Source: Alphaproteobacteria bacterium (GTDB lineage: Bacteria > Pseudomonadota > Alphaproteobacteria > Bin95). Taken from it: a DNA stretch of 64,000 nt. The stretch lies in assembly GCA_964291285.2 (NCBI GenBank), contig OZ219785.1, forward strand, positions 544,001 through 608,000. The letters are read 5' to 3'. Below the pieces are notes generated by a model. It made no database searches. It was not told where the DNA came from and saw only the letters and a list, made by a program, of their open reading frames with translations. Positions 18,684 through 31,500 of this stretch are shown in pieces. Every line of letters begins with the position of its first letter. The stretch's first letter is position 1. The translations under genes and the position numbers were made by a program.

Positions 18684-19604
18684 CTACCGGTCCGGGACGA
18701 ACACCTGTCCGAGGCAGGACGGCGAGTCGTTCCTCGCCCTCCATTGGTCGCGCGAGAGTATCACCAGCGCGGCGACCGTCGCAAGGTAAGGCAGCGCCGA
18801 AAGGAACTGCGAGGGCAGGGGAATACCCTCCGCCTGGGCGTGGAACTGGAGGATGAGCGCGCCGCCGAAGAGATAGGCGCCGACGGCGGCGCGCAGCGGC
18901 ATCCAGCTCGCGAACACCACCAGCGCCAGCGCAGTCCAGCCCCGTCCCGCGGTCATGCCCTCGACCCACTGCGGCGTGTAGGCAAGCGAGAGATAACCGC
19001 CGGCGAGCCCGGAGCAGGCACCGCCGAACAACACCGCCAGGAAGCGGGTCCGGATGACATGGACGCCCAGCATGTGGGCGGAGGCGTGGTTGTTGCCGAC
19101 GGCGCGCAGCGCCAGTCCGGCGCGTGTGCGGAACAGGAAGCGGGAGACGCAGACCGCAAGTGCCACCGACACATAGACGAGCGGGTCCTGCCCGAACAGG
19201 ATGGTCCCGACCACCGGCAGGTCCGTCAGGAACGGGATGTCGATGCGTTCGAGCTTGAGGCCCGGCTGCCCGATGAAGGCTTCGCCGATCATGCCGGAAA
19301 GGCCGAGCCCGAGCAGGGTGAGCGCGAGTCCGGAGGCGACCTGGTTGGCCGCAAGGCGCAGCACCAGGAAGCCGAACAGGCTGGAAAGCGCCATGCCGCC
19401 CGCCATGGCGGAGACGACGCCGAGATAGGGGGAGCCGGTCAGCTGCGCGCCGGCGAAGCCGGTCACGGCGCCGACGATCATCATGCCCTCGACACCGAGA
19501 TTTAGGACGCCCGAGCGTTCCGTCACGAGTTCGCCGAGCGCCGCGATCAGCAGCGGCGTCGCCGCCGTGACGATGGTGAGGGCGACCGCCTCGAAACCGG
19601 TCAC
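18684..19604 (-). CDS. ABC transporter permease (CUT2/nucleoside)
   Basis: ATPLLIAALGELVTERSGVLNLGVEGMM, MTAGRGW.ALALVVF. Confidence 0.92.
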   Translation of the reverse strand: MTGFEAVALTIVTAATPLLIAALGELVTERSGVLNLGVEGMMIVGAVTGFAGAQLTGSPYLGVVSAMAGGMALSSLFGFLVLRLAANQVASGLALTLLGLGLSGMIGEAFIGQPGLKLERIDIPFLTDLPVVGTILFGQDPLVYVSVALAVCVSRFLFRTRAGLALRAVGNNHASAHMLGVHVIRTRFLAVLFGGACSGLAGGYLSLAYTPQWVEGMTAGRGWTALALVVFASWMPLRAAVGAYLFGGALILQFHAQAEGIPLPSQFLSALPYLATVAALVILSRDQWRARNDSPSCLGQVFVPDR

Positions 19605-20685
19605 GGCGCATCCTCCGCACGCGCCGTCAAGCGTCGTATCGGCTGGAAGTGGAGGCGGTAGCGGATGAAGACGTCGCAGGCCAGCACGAAGATCAGGATC
19701 GCGCCCTGGAACACCCGGGCGATCTTGTCGGAGACGCCGAGCGCCACTTGCGCCGACTCCCCGCCGATATAGGTGAGCGCCAGCAGCAGCGAGGCGAGCA
19801 GCACGCCCACCGGGTTCAGCCGCCCGAGGAACGCGGCGATGATGGCCGTGAAGCCGTAGCCGGGCGAGATCGACGGGTGAAGCTGCCCGATCGTGCCCGA
19901 CACCTCCGCGATGCCGGCAAGGCCGGCGAGGCCGCCGGAGATCGCCAGCACGGCCATGATCGACCGGCGCTCGGAAAAGCCGGCGAACGTTCCCGCGCGC
20001 GGCGCCGCGCCGATCACGCGGAACTCGAAGCCCTTGAGGGTGCGCCCGAGAACGATGGCGAGCGCTGCGACGGCGACGAGCGCGAACACCGTGCCGGAAT
20101 GCATCCGCCCGGCCAGCGCCGGTAACACCGCGTCGGCCTCGAAGAGCCGCGACTCGGGAAAATTGTAACCCTCGGGATCGCGCCAGGGGCCGCGCACCAG
20201 CCAGTCCAGAAGAAGCTGCGCGACATAGACCAGCATCAACGACGTCAGGATTTCGTTGGCGCCGAACCGGACGCGGAAGAAGGCAGGTATGGCCGCCCAG
20301 GCCATGCCGCCCAGCACGCCGCACAAGAGCACGGCCGGAAGCAGCAGCGGCCCCTGCAAATCGGGCACCATGACCGGCAGGATAGAGCCGCAGATGGCGC
20401 CCACCGTGTATTGCCCCTCCGCGCCGATATTCCAGACATTGGCGCGGAACACCACGGCGAGCCCGACGCCGATGAGCGCGAGCGGCGTCGCCTTGACCAC
20501 GATTTCCTACAGCGACCAGGCCTCGGTGAGCGGCTTGACGAAATAGACGTACAGGGCCCGAAGCGGGTCATGCCCCAGCGCCGCAAACAGGAGGGTGCCG
20601 AACACCAGCGTGAGGCCGAGGGCCAGCAGCGGCGAGACCCAGACCATGAGGCGGGAGTCTTCCGTTCGCCGGCGGAGTTCGATCC

Positions 20686-20689
<4 letters not shown>
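19601..20689 (-). pseudogene. ABC transporter permease with in-frame TAG at 20507-20509
   Basis: ORFs 20507-20689 and 19601-20500 share a frame: ...EAWSL*EIVVKATPL..NVWNIGAEGQ. Confidence 0.85.
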
Positions 20690-22215
<1,526 letters not shown>

Positions 22216-22448
22216 GTGCGGAGCTTCCCCAAGCACAGTCGCCCGAAGTTAGAGCATAGTCCTGCCGGTTTGAACCCGGATTATCGCCGCTCCGGGAGGC
22301 GGATGGACAATGGAGACGGAGGCTGGGACAATATGCCGGACATGCAATCGGCACCCGATTCCCTCGCCCGATGTGCCCACCTGCTCTCTTGCGCGGCGGG
22401 CGTCCTTCCCTCTTCCGTTTCCCGGTTCGACGGTCCGCTGCGTTGACC

Positions 22449-23810
22449 ATGGACGCCTGCATAGCGCTCGTCATGGCCCGGCGATGGCTGACCGTTCTGG
22501 TCAGCCTGCTGGTCGTGCTGGCCCTGGCGGCAGGCGCGGCGCGCGTCGTTGAGGTCGATGTCGATGTCCGGAACCATTTCGGCCATGACGATCCGTATAT
22601 CGTCGCGCTCGACCGGCTGGAGGAAACCTATGCCCTGTCCGACGCCGCGCTCGTCGTGGCCGCGCCGCGGGAGGGCACGATTTTCACGCGCGAGGCGCTT
22701 GCCGCTATCGAGGATCTGACCGACCGGCTCTGGCAGACGCCCTACGTCACCCGCGTCGATTCGATAACCAACTACCAGCACAGCGAAGGCCTCGAGGACG
22801 AGCTGATCGTCGAGCCGCTGATCGGCGACGCCGCGTCGCTGAGCGACGATGACCTGGGGCAAATCGAAGAAATCGCGCTCGGCACCGAGGAAATCGCCGG
22901 GCGTTTCGTTTCCCGCAACGGTCGCGTCGCCGGCCTGGTGGTGAGCGTGGCTCTTCCCGACACGGACCGGCAATCGGCCAAGGCGGAGGTGACGAATTTC
23001 CTCCGCGCCACGGCCGTCGAATCCCGGGAAGAACACGCGGCCATCGACTACCATCTCACCGGCGAGCTCGTGCTCAACCGCGCCATGCGCGAGGCGATCG
23101 ACGAGGATATGAGCATCCTCGCGCCGGCGGCGCTCGGCACGATGCTGGTCGTCGCCGTCATCCTGCTGCGCTCGCTGTGGGGCACGCTTGCCATCGTCAT
23201 CATGCTGGTTGCCGTCCTGGCTTCCTCGGTGGGCTTTGTCGGCTGGACCGGCATGAAGTTCTTCGGCGAGAGCGGCGCGGCGCTGTTCGTGCTGATGGCG
23301 GTCACCGTTGCGCATTCCGTGCATATGTTCGAGGGCGTGGCGGCGGGCCTGCGCCGGGGTCTGGACCGGCGGCAGGCGGTGATCCAGTCGCTGCGGGTCA
23401 ATCTGTGGCCGGTCTTCCTGACATCGCTCACGACGGCAATCGGATTCCTCAGCCTGAATTTCGCGGATATGCCGCCCTTCCGGGTCATGGGCAACATGGT
23501 GGCATTCGGCAGCTTGTGCGCGTTCGTCTATGCGGTGACGCTCCTGCCCGTGGTCCTTTCGGCGATGCCCCTGCGCGTCCGTGCTGCAGCCGCAGGCGAA
23601 TCCGATCTTTTCGACCGCTTCGGCCGGTTCGTCGTTTCCCGCCGCACGGTTCTGCTCGGCGCGTTCGGCGTCCTGGTCGTCGTGCTCGTCGCCGGCATCT
23701 CGCGGATCGAGCTCAAGGAGAATTGGCTGGAGCTTCTCGACGAGAGCTACGAGTTCCGCCGGTCCACGGACTTCATCAGCGAGAATTTCACCGGTGTAAA
23801 TCTCGAATGA
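22449..23810 (+). pseudogene. MMPL/RND family transporter, truncated after the first half
   Basis: Periplasmic domain plus TM block (PVFLTSLTTAIGFLSL) and the start of the second repeat; abrupt switch to lower-GC sequence at about 23795. Confidence 0.8.
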
Positions 23811-24179
23811 GATTTTTCATGTTAGGGCACTATCTGACAGAGGGTCGCATTCCTCCCATGAAGGGGGCTTGAATACTGGATATTTCCGGGCATGGCAAGA
23901 GGCATTGGCACGAAATCAGACTGACCTACAGGAAGGTCCTGAACGCGATAGTGGCACTGGGGGAAGTAAAACAGTGACAACGCACTGTTTCCGGGGGGCA
24001 TTGAGGGTAGCCTGATGCATGAATGCGGTTCTGGTAAGAAGGAAGTCACGACCATCGTGGTGATGTACTAAATCGACCTGTGAGAGGATAAATATGATAA
24101 TTGATATAGGAGAAATGCAAGCATGCTTGCTGGTAAAGCACGGAATTCTGATGGCTGCGGCAGGTCCGGCGGCGGCGTC

Positions 24180-24416
24180 ATGAGCCGGGCTCCGGGGGGC
24201 CGGCGCACGCAGCATGCGGTGATGGCGACGGCGAACGAGTGGACACGCATCAGGGAGCTTGCCGACGAGGCGGGCATGGAGATATCGCGCTGCATCGTTC
24301 ACCGGGCCATCATGGCGGAGGCCGCGCCGGCCGTCGTGATGCGGCGCGCGGTGCGCGAACTGCTGGGCGAACTGCTGGTGCTGCTGGCGAAGATCGAGCA
24401 GGAGCGCATGGCGTAA
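24180..24416 (+). CDS. Small ribbon-helix-helix/MobC-like protein (possibly a remnant)
   Basis: RTQHAVMAT..EW.RIRELADEAGMEISR.IV pattern (beta-helix-helix). Confidence 0.4.
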   Translation: MSRAPGGRRTQHAVMATANEWTRIRELADEAGMEISRCIVHRAIMAEAAPAVVMRRAVRELLGELLVLLAKIEQERMA

Positions 24417-24834
24417 CTGGAAACGGGCGAAAGATGTCGCGCCGACATGCGGAACCGCGAGCAAGGAATGGCGCATCCGGCGGCAAGATCGTAGAACCTC
24501 CGGCAATCATGAACGATATGCGGCGCGGGCGACTCCTCCGATGAGGACGCTCGCAAGGAGCGCCTATGCAGGCAAGGGTTCGACGGCGTGACCTCGGCAC
24601 AGTTTGACGGAGGGGCGTGGATCGAGCGCGTTGTGGAGCTGCTTCCGCCGCTGGCGCAGGCGCAGGAACCCTATCTGCGCGAATTTCAGAAACGGTATGC
24701 GCGCGTGATTGACCTGCGGGACGGCAAACCGCCGCCTTTCCCGCTGGACGATTTGCGCCTGCTCTACGACGAGGTTCGCGACAGCAGGCCCTGGGGTCTG
24801 GAAGCGCACTATGCGCCCTTGCGCGCGGTGCTGG

Positions 24835-24928
24835 ACCCGGTGCACCCGGTGCGTACCCGGTGCGTACCCGGTGCGTACCCGGTGCGTACCCGATGCGTCA
24901 CGCACTGCTGGGTCACGCACTGCTGGGC
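24835..24928 (+). repeat. Short tandem repeats: 4 x ACCCGGTGCGT plus partial/variant units, then 2 x CACGCACTGCTGGG(T/C)
   Basis: Read directly: perfect units 24844-24887; 15-mers at 24899-24913 and 24914-24928. Confidence 0.92.
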
Positions 24929-25244
24929 CATCCGACGCTCGAACGGGTCGCGGTAACGGACCGCTTGATCGGCGACAATCGATTCTCGATGGAGATTCCC
25001 GGTTCCGGCGGGGATATCCACGCGGGGACATTGATTGCCGGGCTGATGGCGAGGGCTGCGGAGCTGCCGGATGCGGGTTCCGGACGGCTGTGCGCGAGCT
25101 GGGCGCATTTCTCTCGCCCCTCGGAGACGGGGTGGCGGCCGATGCGCTCGGCAGTCTCGACGAGGCTTGCGACATGTTCCTGTTCTATGGTCTTGCGTTG
25201 TCCGAGAGGATTGTGATGACGGACGGCATGGTGTTGCTGCCGTA

Positions 25245-25453
25245 CAAAACCTTCATTGCCGGGCGGGTCGGCCACCCCGTATCATGAAAACAGGTGCCGG
25301 CCGCGCGGGCGGGACTTCGGGCTTTTACGGGGTTGCCTACCGGTCACGGTCCGCAAGACGGGCGCCGCAGATGGCGAATATCGGACGCCTCGGGAGCAGT
25401 GCTTTGGCGGGGAGGGGTTTTGTGCGCCCGATCCCCAACAATTTTCACGGCAA
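25245..25453. mobile_element. Third copy of the 206-bp element, inserted in the HEPN-like gene
   Basis: Same 206-bp length with about 6 substitutions versus 5530-5735; CAA on both sides. Confidence 0.9.
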
Positions 25454-26424
25454 GAAGTGCTGCGGTTCGCGGACGAGGACCTGGTTAGGGAGTTTGCGCC
25501 GTCAGGCGCGGGATTCCACGGCTGGCGGGCGGTGGGAGCGGTGGCCCGGCCGTTCCGATGGCGGCCCGAATTCCGCCGAAGGGCCAGATTGAACGGGCCA
25601 GTGGGACCGCCGTCACCGCCGTTTTTCCCGGAGGCGGCGGTATTTCTGGACTTGCTGGCGGTGAGTCACGCGACGCGCGTTACGCCGCTCGCAGCATTGT
25701 CGAACCGCATCGACGGTTCGGCCGGGCGACTGCTGGGCCGGGAGAAGCAGAGTCCTGGCATTTACCGGAGCTGCCCGGCAGAGGGCTTCAGCGGATTCGA
25801 CGAATGCCCGGCGATGGACCAGGAGGCGCTGGCGGAAGCGCTGGAGGCTTTTCGCAACCGGGAGAACCCTTGCTACGAGAGGATGGCGCCGATCGTTACG
25901 CGGTTGTCGGAGGCGCTCGCGAGGAACGGGCGGTTCGCGGTCGCTGACAGGGTTCAGGATGTCGCGATGGCGCTTGAGCGAATGTATGTGCTGGATGAGC
26001 CCAACATCGGACGCAAGTTACGCAACCGCACGGCGCGGTTTCTGGGAACCGATGCGGCTAGCGAGAAGGGAATCCGCGAGAACGTAAGGGAACTCTACGC
26101 CGTGCGATCGGACATCGTTCACAACCGGTTGCACAGGCTGACGCCGGAGAGAGTCCAATCGGCGTTCGTCCGGGGCTTCGACATCGCACGGCAGTCGCTG
26201 TTCAAGCTGCTGCGCACGGGGCCGCCGGAGGACTGGGCTGCGTCAAGGGGCAACGGGAGCCAGGGGACCAGCACGAAGCGGGCAATCCAGGAGCGACAAA
26301 GCGGGACCCGGGCACCTGAAGGGTAGGCTTCCCGGTATCTCTTGGTACGAAATGACCATTGGTTCGTGGGCCGAAAGTGTGGCCGCGGGTGATGGAATGT
26401 GGTCAGGATGACCGTTTGGCGGTA

Positions 26425-26485
26425 TGGGAGTTGCGGCTTCACCAGCTGTATCGGGCGATGGCTTGGCTCAGGGAGGAGCTGGAGG
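26425..26485 (+). pseudogene. Tiny IS1634-like transposase remnant
   Basis: ELRLHQLYRAMAWLREEL resembles the L(H)HLYRAMAWLGEEL segment of IS1634-type transposases. Confidence 0.45.
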
Positions 26486-26612
26486 CGGCGGGCGGCCGTG
26501 AGCGGCGTGGAGCTCTCACGCTTCCTCGTTCATTGCACGCTGGCAGTGGTCCTGCGCCGGGCACGGGCTATCGGGCACAGCGCGCCTTGAAACCGGCCTG
26601 CGGACGGGTTAT

Positions 26613-28308
26613 CCTAAATCCGGCAGTTGAGTATGGCGTGGCCTTGCCGAATCCCTTGTAGTCTTCGGGTATGAGCGGCTTTTCAGGGGCCGAAGAGGCT
26701 CACCCTGTGGGTGATTATCCTGGCGCTGTGCGGGATGTCGCCCGAGCGTTCGTGAAGGTTGACACCTTCGGCGGCGCGGTTCATGTGGAATGGGACCCTG
26801 ATGCGGCGGTGACGCCGCTGGGCCATCTGGCGTTTTTCGCGGAATAGCTGAAGGTGAGCGGTCGCTTTGACGCTTTGGTTGCGGACTGCCCGCTGCGGTA
26901 CACGAGCCCGAACGCGCCGTCGAAGCGGGATGTCCTGGGGACGGTTCTTCTGTCGGTTCTGGCGGGGCAGTCTCGCTATGCGCACATCACGTCGCTGCGC
27001 GGCGACGGGGTGAACCCTGCGCTGCTGGGTATGGACAAGGTTGCGAGCGAGGATTCGGTGCGGCGCGGTCTGGAGCGGATCGGTGCGGATGTCGGCACAT
27101 CGTGGCTTCAGGGCCATCTGGACGAGGTGGTCCGTCCGCTGCTGAGGGAGCCGTGGGTTCTGGACTGCGACACGACGATCAAGGCGCTTTACGGTCGTCA
27201 GGAGGGAGCGGTTGTGAGCTACAACCCGAAGAAGCCGGGCCGCCCCTCGCATGCCTGCCATGCGTTCCTGATGGCGGGCACGCGGCTTGTTCTGGATGTC
27301 GAGGTGGCGCCGGGCAACCATCACCATTCGAGGCGCGCGGCGCCGTCCTTGTGGGCGTTGCTCGACCGTCTTGGGCGGGATCGCTGGCCGCGTCTGGTGC
27401 GGGGCGACAAGGACTGGGGCAGCGAGGCCAACATGGCGTCGTGCGAGGCTGCGGGTCCGGACTATCTGTTCAAGCTGCGCCTGACGAAGGGGGCGCGCCG
27501 GCTTGCCGAGCGGCTGATGGCGCGGGACGGCTGGGAGGATGCGGGCCAGGGCTGGTCGGGGATCGGGGCCGATCTGCGTCTGCAGGGCTGGAGCCGGACG
27601 CGCCGGGTTGTGGTGCTGCGTCGGCGGCTTCCTGCGACGCTGGCGCTGACGCGTGGCGACAAGGCCCAGGGCGAGCTGTTCTGGACCGAGGCGCAGCCCG
27701 GCACCGGGGTATGGGAGTTCGCGGTGCTGGCGACCTCGCTGGACCTGGAGATACGCTCGCTGGCCCAGCTCTACCGCGACCGGGCGGACGCGGAGAACGG
27801 CTTCGACGAGTTGAAGAACCAGTGGGGTTGGGGCGGCTTCACCACGCGCGACCTGACGCGCTGCCGGCACATGGCCCGGCTGGTCGCGCTCATCTACAAC
27901 TGGTGGAGCCTGTTCGTGCGCCTCGCCGACCCCGACCATCACCGCGAGGCGATCACCAGCCGGCCGCTGCTCCTGCACGGGGTTGCCCGCCAGACCCACC
28001 ACGCCGGCCAGACCCGGCTGACGGTGACCTCCCATCACGGGCGTCGCAAGACGGTGATGGCGGCGCTGCGCCGGATCGCCGGCTTCTTCCGGTCGCTGAC
28101 GCAAACTGCGGAGCAGTTGAGCGCCGGGGATCGCTGGCGCCGCATCCTCGCCGAGGCGCTCAGGAAATACCTCCATGGCCGCGAACCGGGGCGTCAACCC
28201 TGGCTGCCGCCACCCAGGGCCGCGACCACGTGCTGAAATCCACGCCCAAATCCGACCGTTCACACTACCCCGAGACAGCGATCAAGCTCGTCAACTGCCG
28301 GATTTAGG
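26613..28308 (+). mobile_element. IS1380-family element, copy 1 (5-bp TSD GTTAT)
   Basis: Perfect 18-bp IR CCTAAATCCGGCAGTTGA; GTTAT at 26608-26612 and 28309-28313; 1696 bp. Confidence 0.9.
26671..28236 (+). pseudogene. IS1380-family transposase with in-frame TAG (26845-26847)
   Basis: Near-identical to 35403-36968, which has TAC (Tyr) at this codon; LDCDTT, RGDKDWG, YRDRADAENGFDELK. Confidence 0.88.
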
Positions 28309-28475
28309 GTTATGGGTTGCACCGGCGGGTTCGCTGCGGCCGTGCAGGCGCGGCGGCTTGGAATTCGGGACGGGAGGATGGGGCCATGACGCGGATGCCG
28401 GGCGATGTCGGGATGCATGACCTGCGGCTCTTCGGGCGGAGCGCCTCACGCGCGCGCGAACCCGAACTCGTTGTA

Positions 28476-28488
28476 CCCCCCCCCCCCC
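28476..28488 (+). repeat. C13 homopolymer in the autotransporter leader
   Basis: ttgta-C13-tcaag. Confidence 0.9.
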
Positions 28489-28516
28489 TCAAGAGTCAGG
28501 GCGCGGGGCTGAACCG

Positions 28517-31500
28517 GTGGGCGCCCCCGGGAGAACCGCCCGCCGCCTGAGCGCGGGACTCGCTGCCCTCTTCCTCATCACACTGACCACCGTCTTTGCG
28601 CCGCAGGCTGCGCAGGCGCAGACCCCCGTTCTTACCGCAACAGCGGGGGACGGGCAGGTGACGCTGAACTGGACGTATACCGGCAGCGGGCTAACCGGTT
28701 GGGGGTACAAGATCAATGGCGGTACATATACTTGGGCTGGGACACCCATCGTTATTCCAGCTTCCAACTCCGGCACCAGAAGCCACACGGTAACGGGCCT
28801 GACGAACGGAACCGCTTATCAGTTCATTGTCTACGCGCAGACTGATGCCAATACAGCTTTCCGTCAAAGCAACCAGGTGAGCGCCACACCGCAGGTGCCG
28901 GCCCCGACGCTGGTCTCCGGACCGGACAGCACCATCAGGACCGCCGAGACGACGACGCAGGTGTGCTACAACCTGCTTTCGGTCTCGCAGGGTGCGACCA
29001 CGTACCTGGAGGCGCGTCAGGGCAAGACGGCCGTGACCGCGCATTCGGTGCTCTCCGACGCGAGCCTCGGCGTCGAGATCACGCAGGCTCCCGCCGGCAT
29101 CACGAAGGGGCGCGGCGTCAACCTCAGTCCCTGCGTCAATCTGGGCAAGGGCACACATACCGTCACCTGGAGCTGGAGGGGCCAGGACGGCACCGCCACG
29201 GCGGGCACGACCTCCACCACCGTCACCATCACCGACCCCGCGCCCGCACAGGCGAAGCCGGCGCTTACGGCAACCGCGGGTGTCGGCAGTGTCACACTCA
29301 CCTGGACTCGTACCGGCAACACTGGATTTGGATATTGGGTTTACCGACAGGGGGTCACCGGAGGAGGTTACGGCGACTGGATCGATATACCGGGCGGCGC
29401 CACCATCAGAGCCCACACGGTCACAGGGTTGAACGCCGGCACCTCCTATACCTTCCAGGTGGCAAGGGCGGAAGGTGCCGGTCTTAACTTTTCCGTCTTC
29501 GCTAGTGGGGGAGGGTACTCGAACGCGGCCACGGCGACGCCAACGGCGGCCACGACCACGACGCCCGCCGCGCCGACGGGTCTGACGGCGACGCCCGGCG
29601 GCCCCGCGCAGGTGTTGCTGACGTGGACCAAGCCGGCCGGCACGATCACCGGCTACAAGCTGCGCTACGCCAAGACGCCGTCAAAGGCCAGCGCCACGTG
29701 GGGTACCATGACGGGTTCGGGCGCGAACACCGTGAGGCACATGGTGACGGGTCTGGACAACGCCGCCGAATACAGTTTCATGATCCGTGCGGTGAACGCC
29801 TCCGGCGACGGCGCCGCCACGGGCTGGGTGACGGCGACGCCTGCGGACAGCTGCCCTGGCGTGGGAGCACCGACGAACCTGAGCCTTGCGCCGCGTTCGG
29901 ACGGGTTTGCCGTCACCTGGAATGCACCGACCGATATCTTACGCAACGGCTGGGAATTGTCTTACAAGAAGACCGGGGGAAGTTCGAGCTCTGTCACCAT
30001 CTCGGATGCCGCCGCGACCAGCCACACGCTGACCGGCCTGGACGCCGGCACCGAATACGAGATCGCTCTTCAAGCGACGCATCCTGTCAATCCCGATCCT
30101 ACTGCGTCATGCCCTCCAGGCTCCCGCGCAAAAGCCACCGGCACGACCCTCGCGGCCGCGATGCCGACCATCACCCTCACCGCCGCGACGGGGGACGGGC
30201 AGGTGACGTTGTCCTGGACCTATACCAACGACGATGGGGAGGCGTTTGATCACTGGCGGTACGCGCAGAAGAAAGGCAGCGGAAGCTACAGCTTTGGCGT
30301 GGAGATTCCCGGCGGCAAGACCGTCCGAACGCACACCGTGACAGGTCTGGAAAACGGCGCCGCATACACTTTCAAGGTCTCACGCGGAGTTACGAGTCCT
30401 CCACCTGCGATGATCCAGTCAACAGCAGATCCTGACTCCAACGAAGTCACCGCCACACCCACGGCGGCCCCCACCGTCGCCGTCCCCGCGGCGCCGACGG
30501 GGTTGTCGGCGGAGGCGGGCAACCGTCAGGTGAAGCTGACGTGGACCGATCCGGACGACGATTCGATCACGAGGTATCGGGTGCAGCAGAGGAAGGGCAG
30601 CGCCGCCTGGGGCAGCTGGACCGCGATTTCCGGTTCGGACGCGGACACCACGACCCACACGGTGACGGGTCTGGACAACGACAGCGAGTACCGCTTCCGC
30701 ATCCGGGCGCGGAACAGCGGCGGCAACGGCGCCGCGTCGGCGGTGGTGGAGGCGACGCCGTCGGCGTCGGCGGCGGTTCCCAAGCCGGTGCTGAGCGCCG
30801 AACCGGGTTACGCCAGGGTCACCCTGAGCTGGAGCGCCTTGTCGGGTGTGACGGTTGCGAGCTGGGGTTATCAGTACAAGCCCGCGGGCGGCAGCTGGAT
30901 CAGGACCCGGACGGTCACCGGCGGCAGCACGACGAGCGCCACGGTGACGGGTCTGACGATCGGGACGGAATACACGTTCCGGCTGTTCGCCGCGGTCGGT
31001 CCCGGTGTGCAGTCGGTGTGGTCGGACCAGGTGAAGGCGACGCCGACGAACAAGGTTCCCAAGCCGGTCCTGACGGCGGCAGGAGGCGATGCCTCGGTCA
31101 CCCTGAGCTGGAGCGGCCTGTCGGGCATTCCGATAACGAGCTGGGGCTACCAGTACAAGAGCACGGGGGGCTGGAACACGACCACGACGGTCACGGGCAG
31201 AAGCAGGACGAGCGTCCGGGTGACGGGGCTGACGAAGGGGACGGACTACACGTTCCGCCTGTTTGCCGCGGTCAGTCCCGGGGTGCAGTCGGTGTGGTCG
31301 GACGAGGTGACGGCGAAGACCGATCCGGCGGCCCCGGTGCTGACGGCGGCGACCTCGACGACGAACGGGCAGATCGACCTGACCTGGACCCATGCCGGCG
31401 GCTCGAACGAGTTGTCGGATGCGGACGACTATGTGAAAGACGCGGCCAAGTTCCATTGGTGGAGAGCGCAGACCCGGCTGAAGGGCGAAACCGCCTGGAC

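Larger units (their letters stand above)
24588..26326 (+). pseudogene. ApeA/HEPN-like protein gene broken by tandem repeats, a frameshift and the 206-bp element
   Basis: Coding pieces lie in three frames; C-terminal ..AMALERMY...KLRNR.A.FLG......VRELYAVRSDIVHN contains an RxxxxH HEPN motif. Confidence 0.7.

Noticed and set aside
23795-24120. Possible IS5-like remnant at the MMPL breakpoint (LTYRKVLNAI)
   Set aside because: The similarity is too short, and no IR pair or TSD could be identified.
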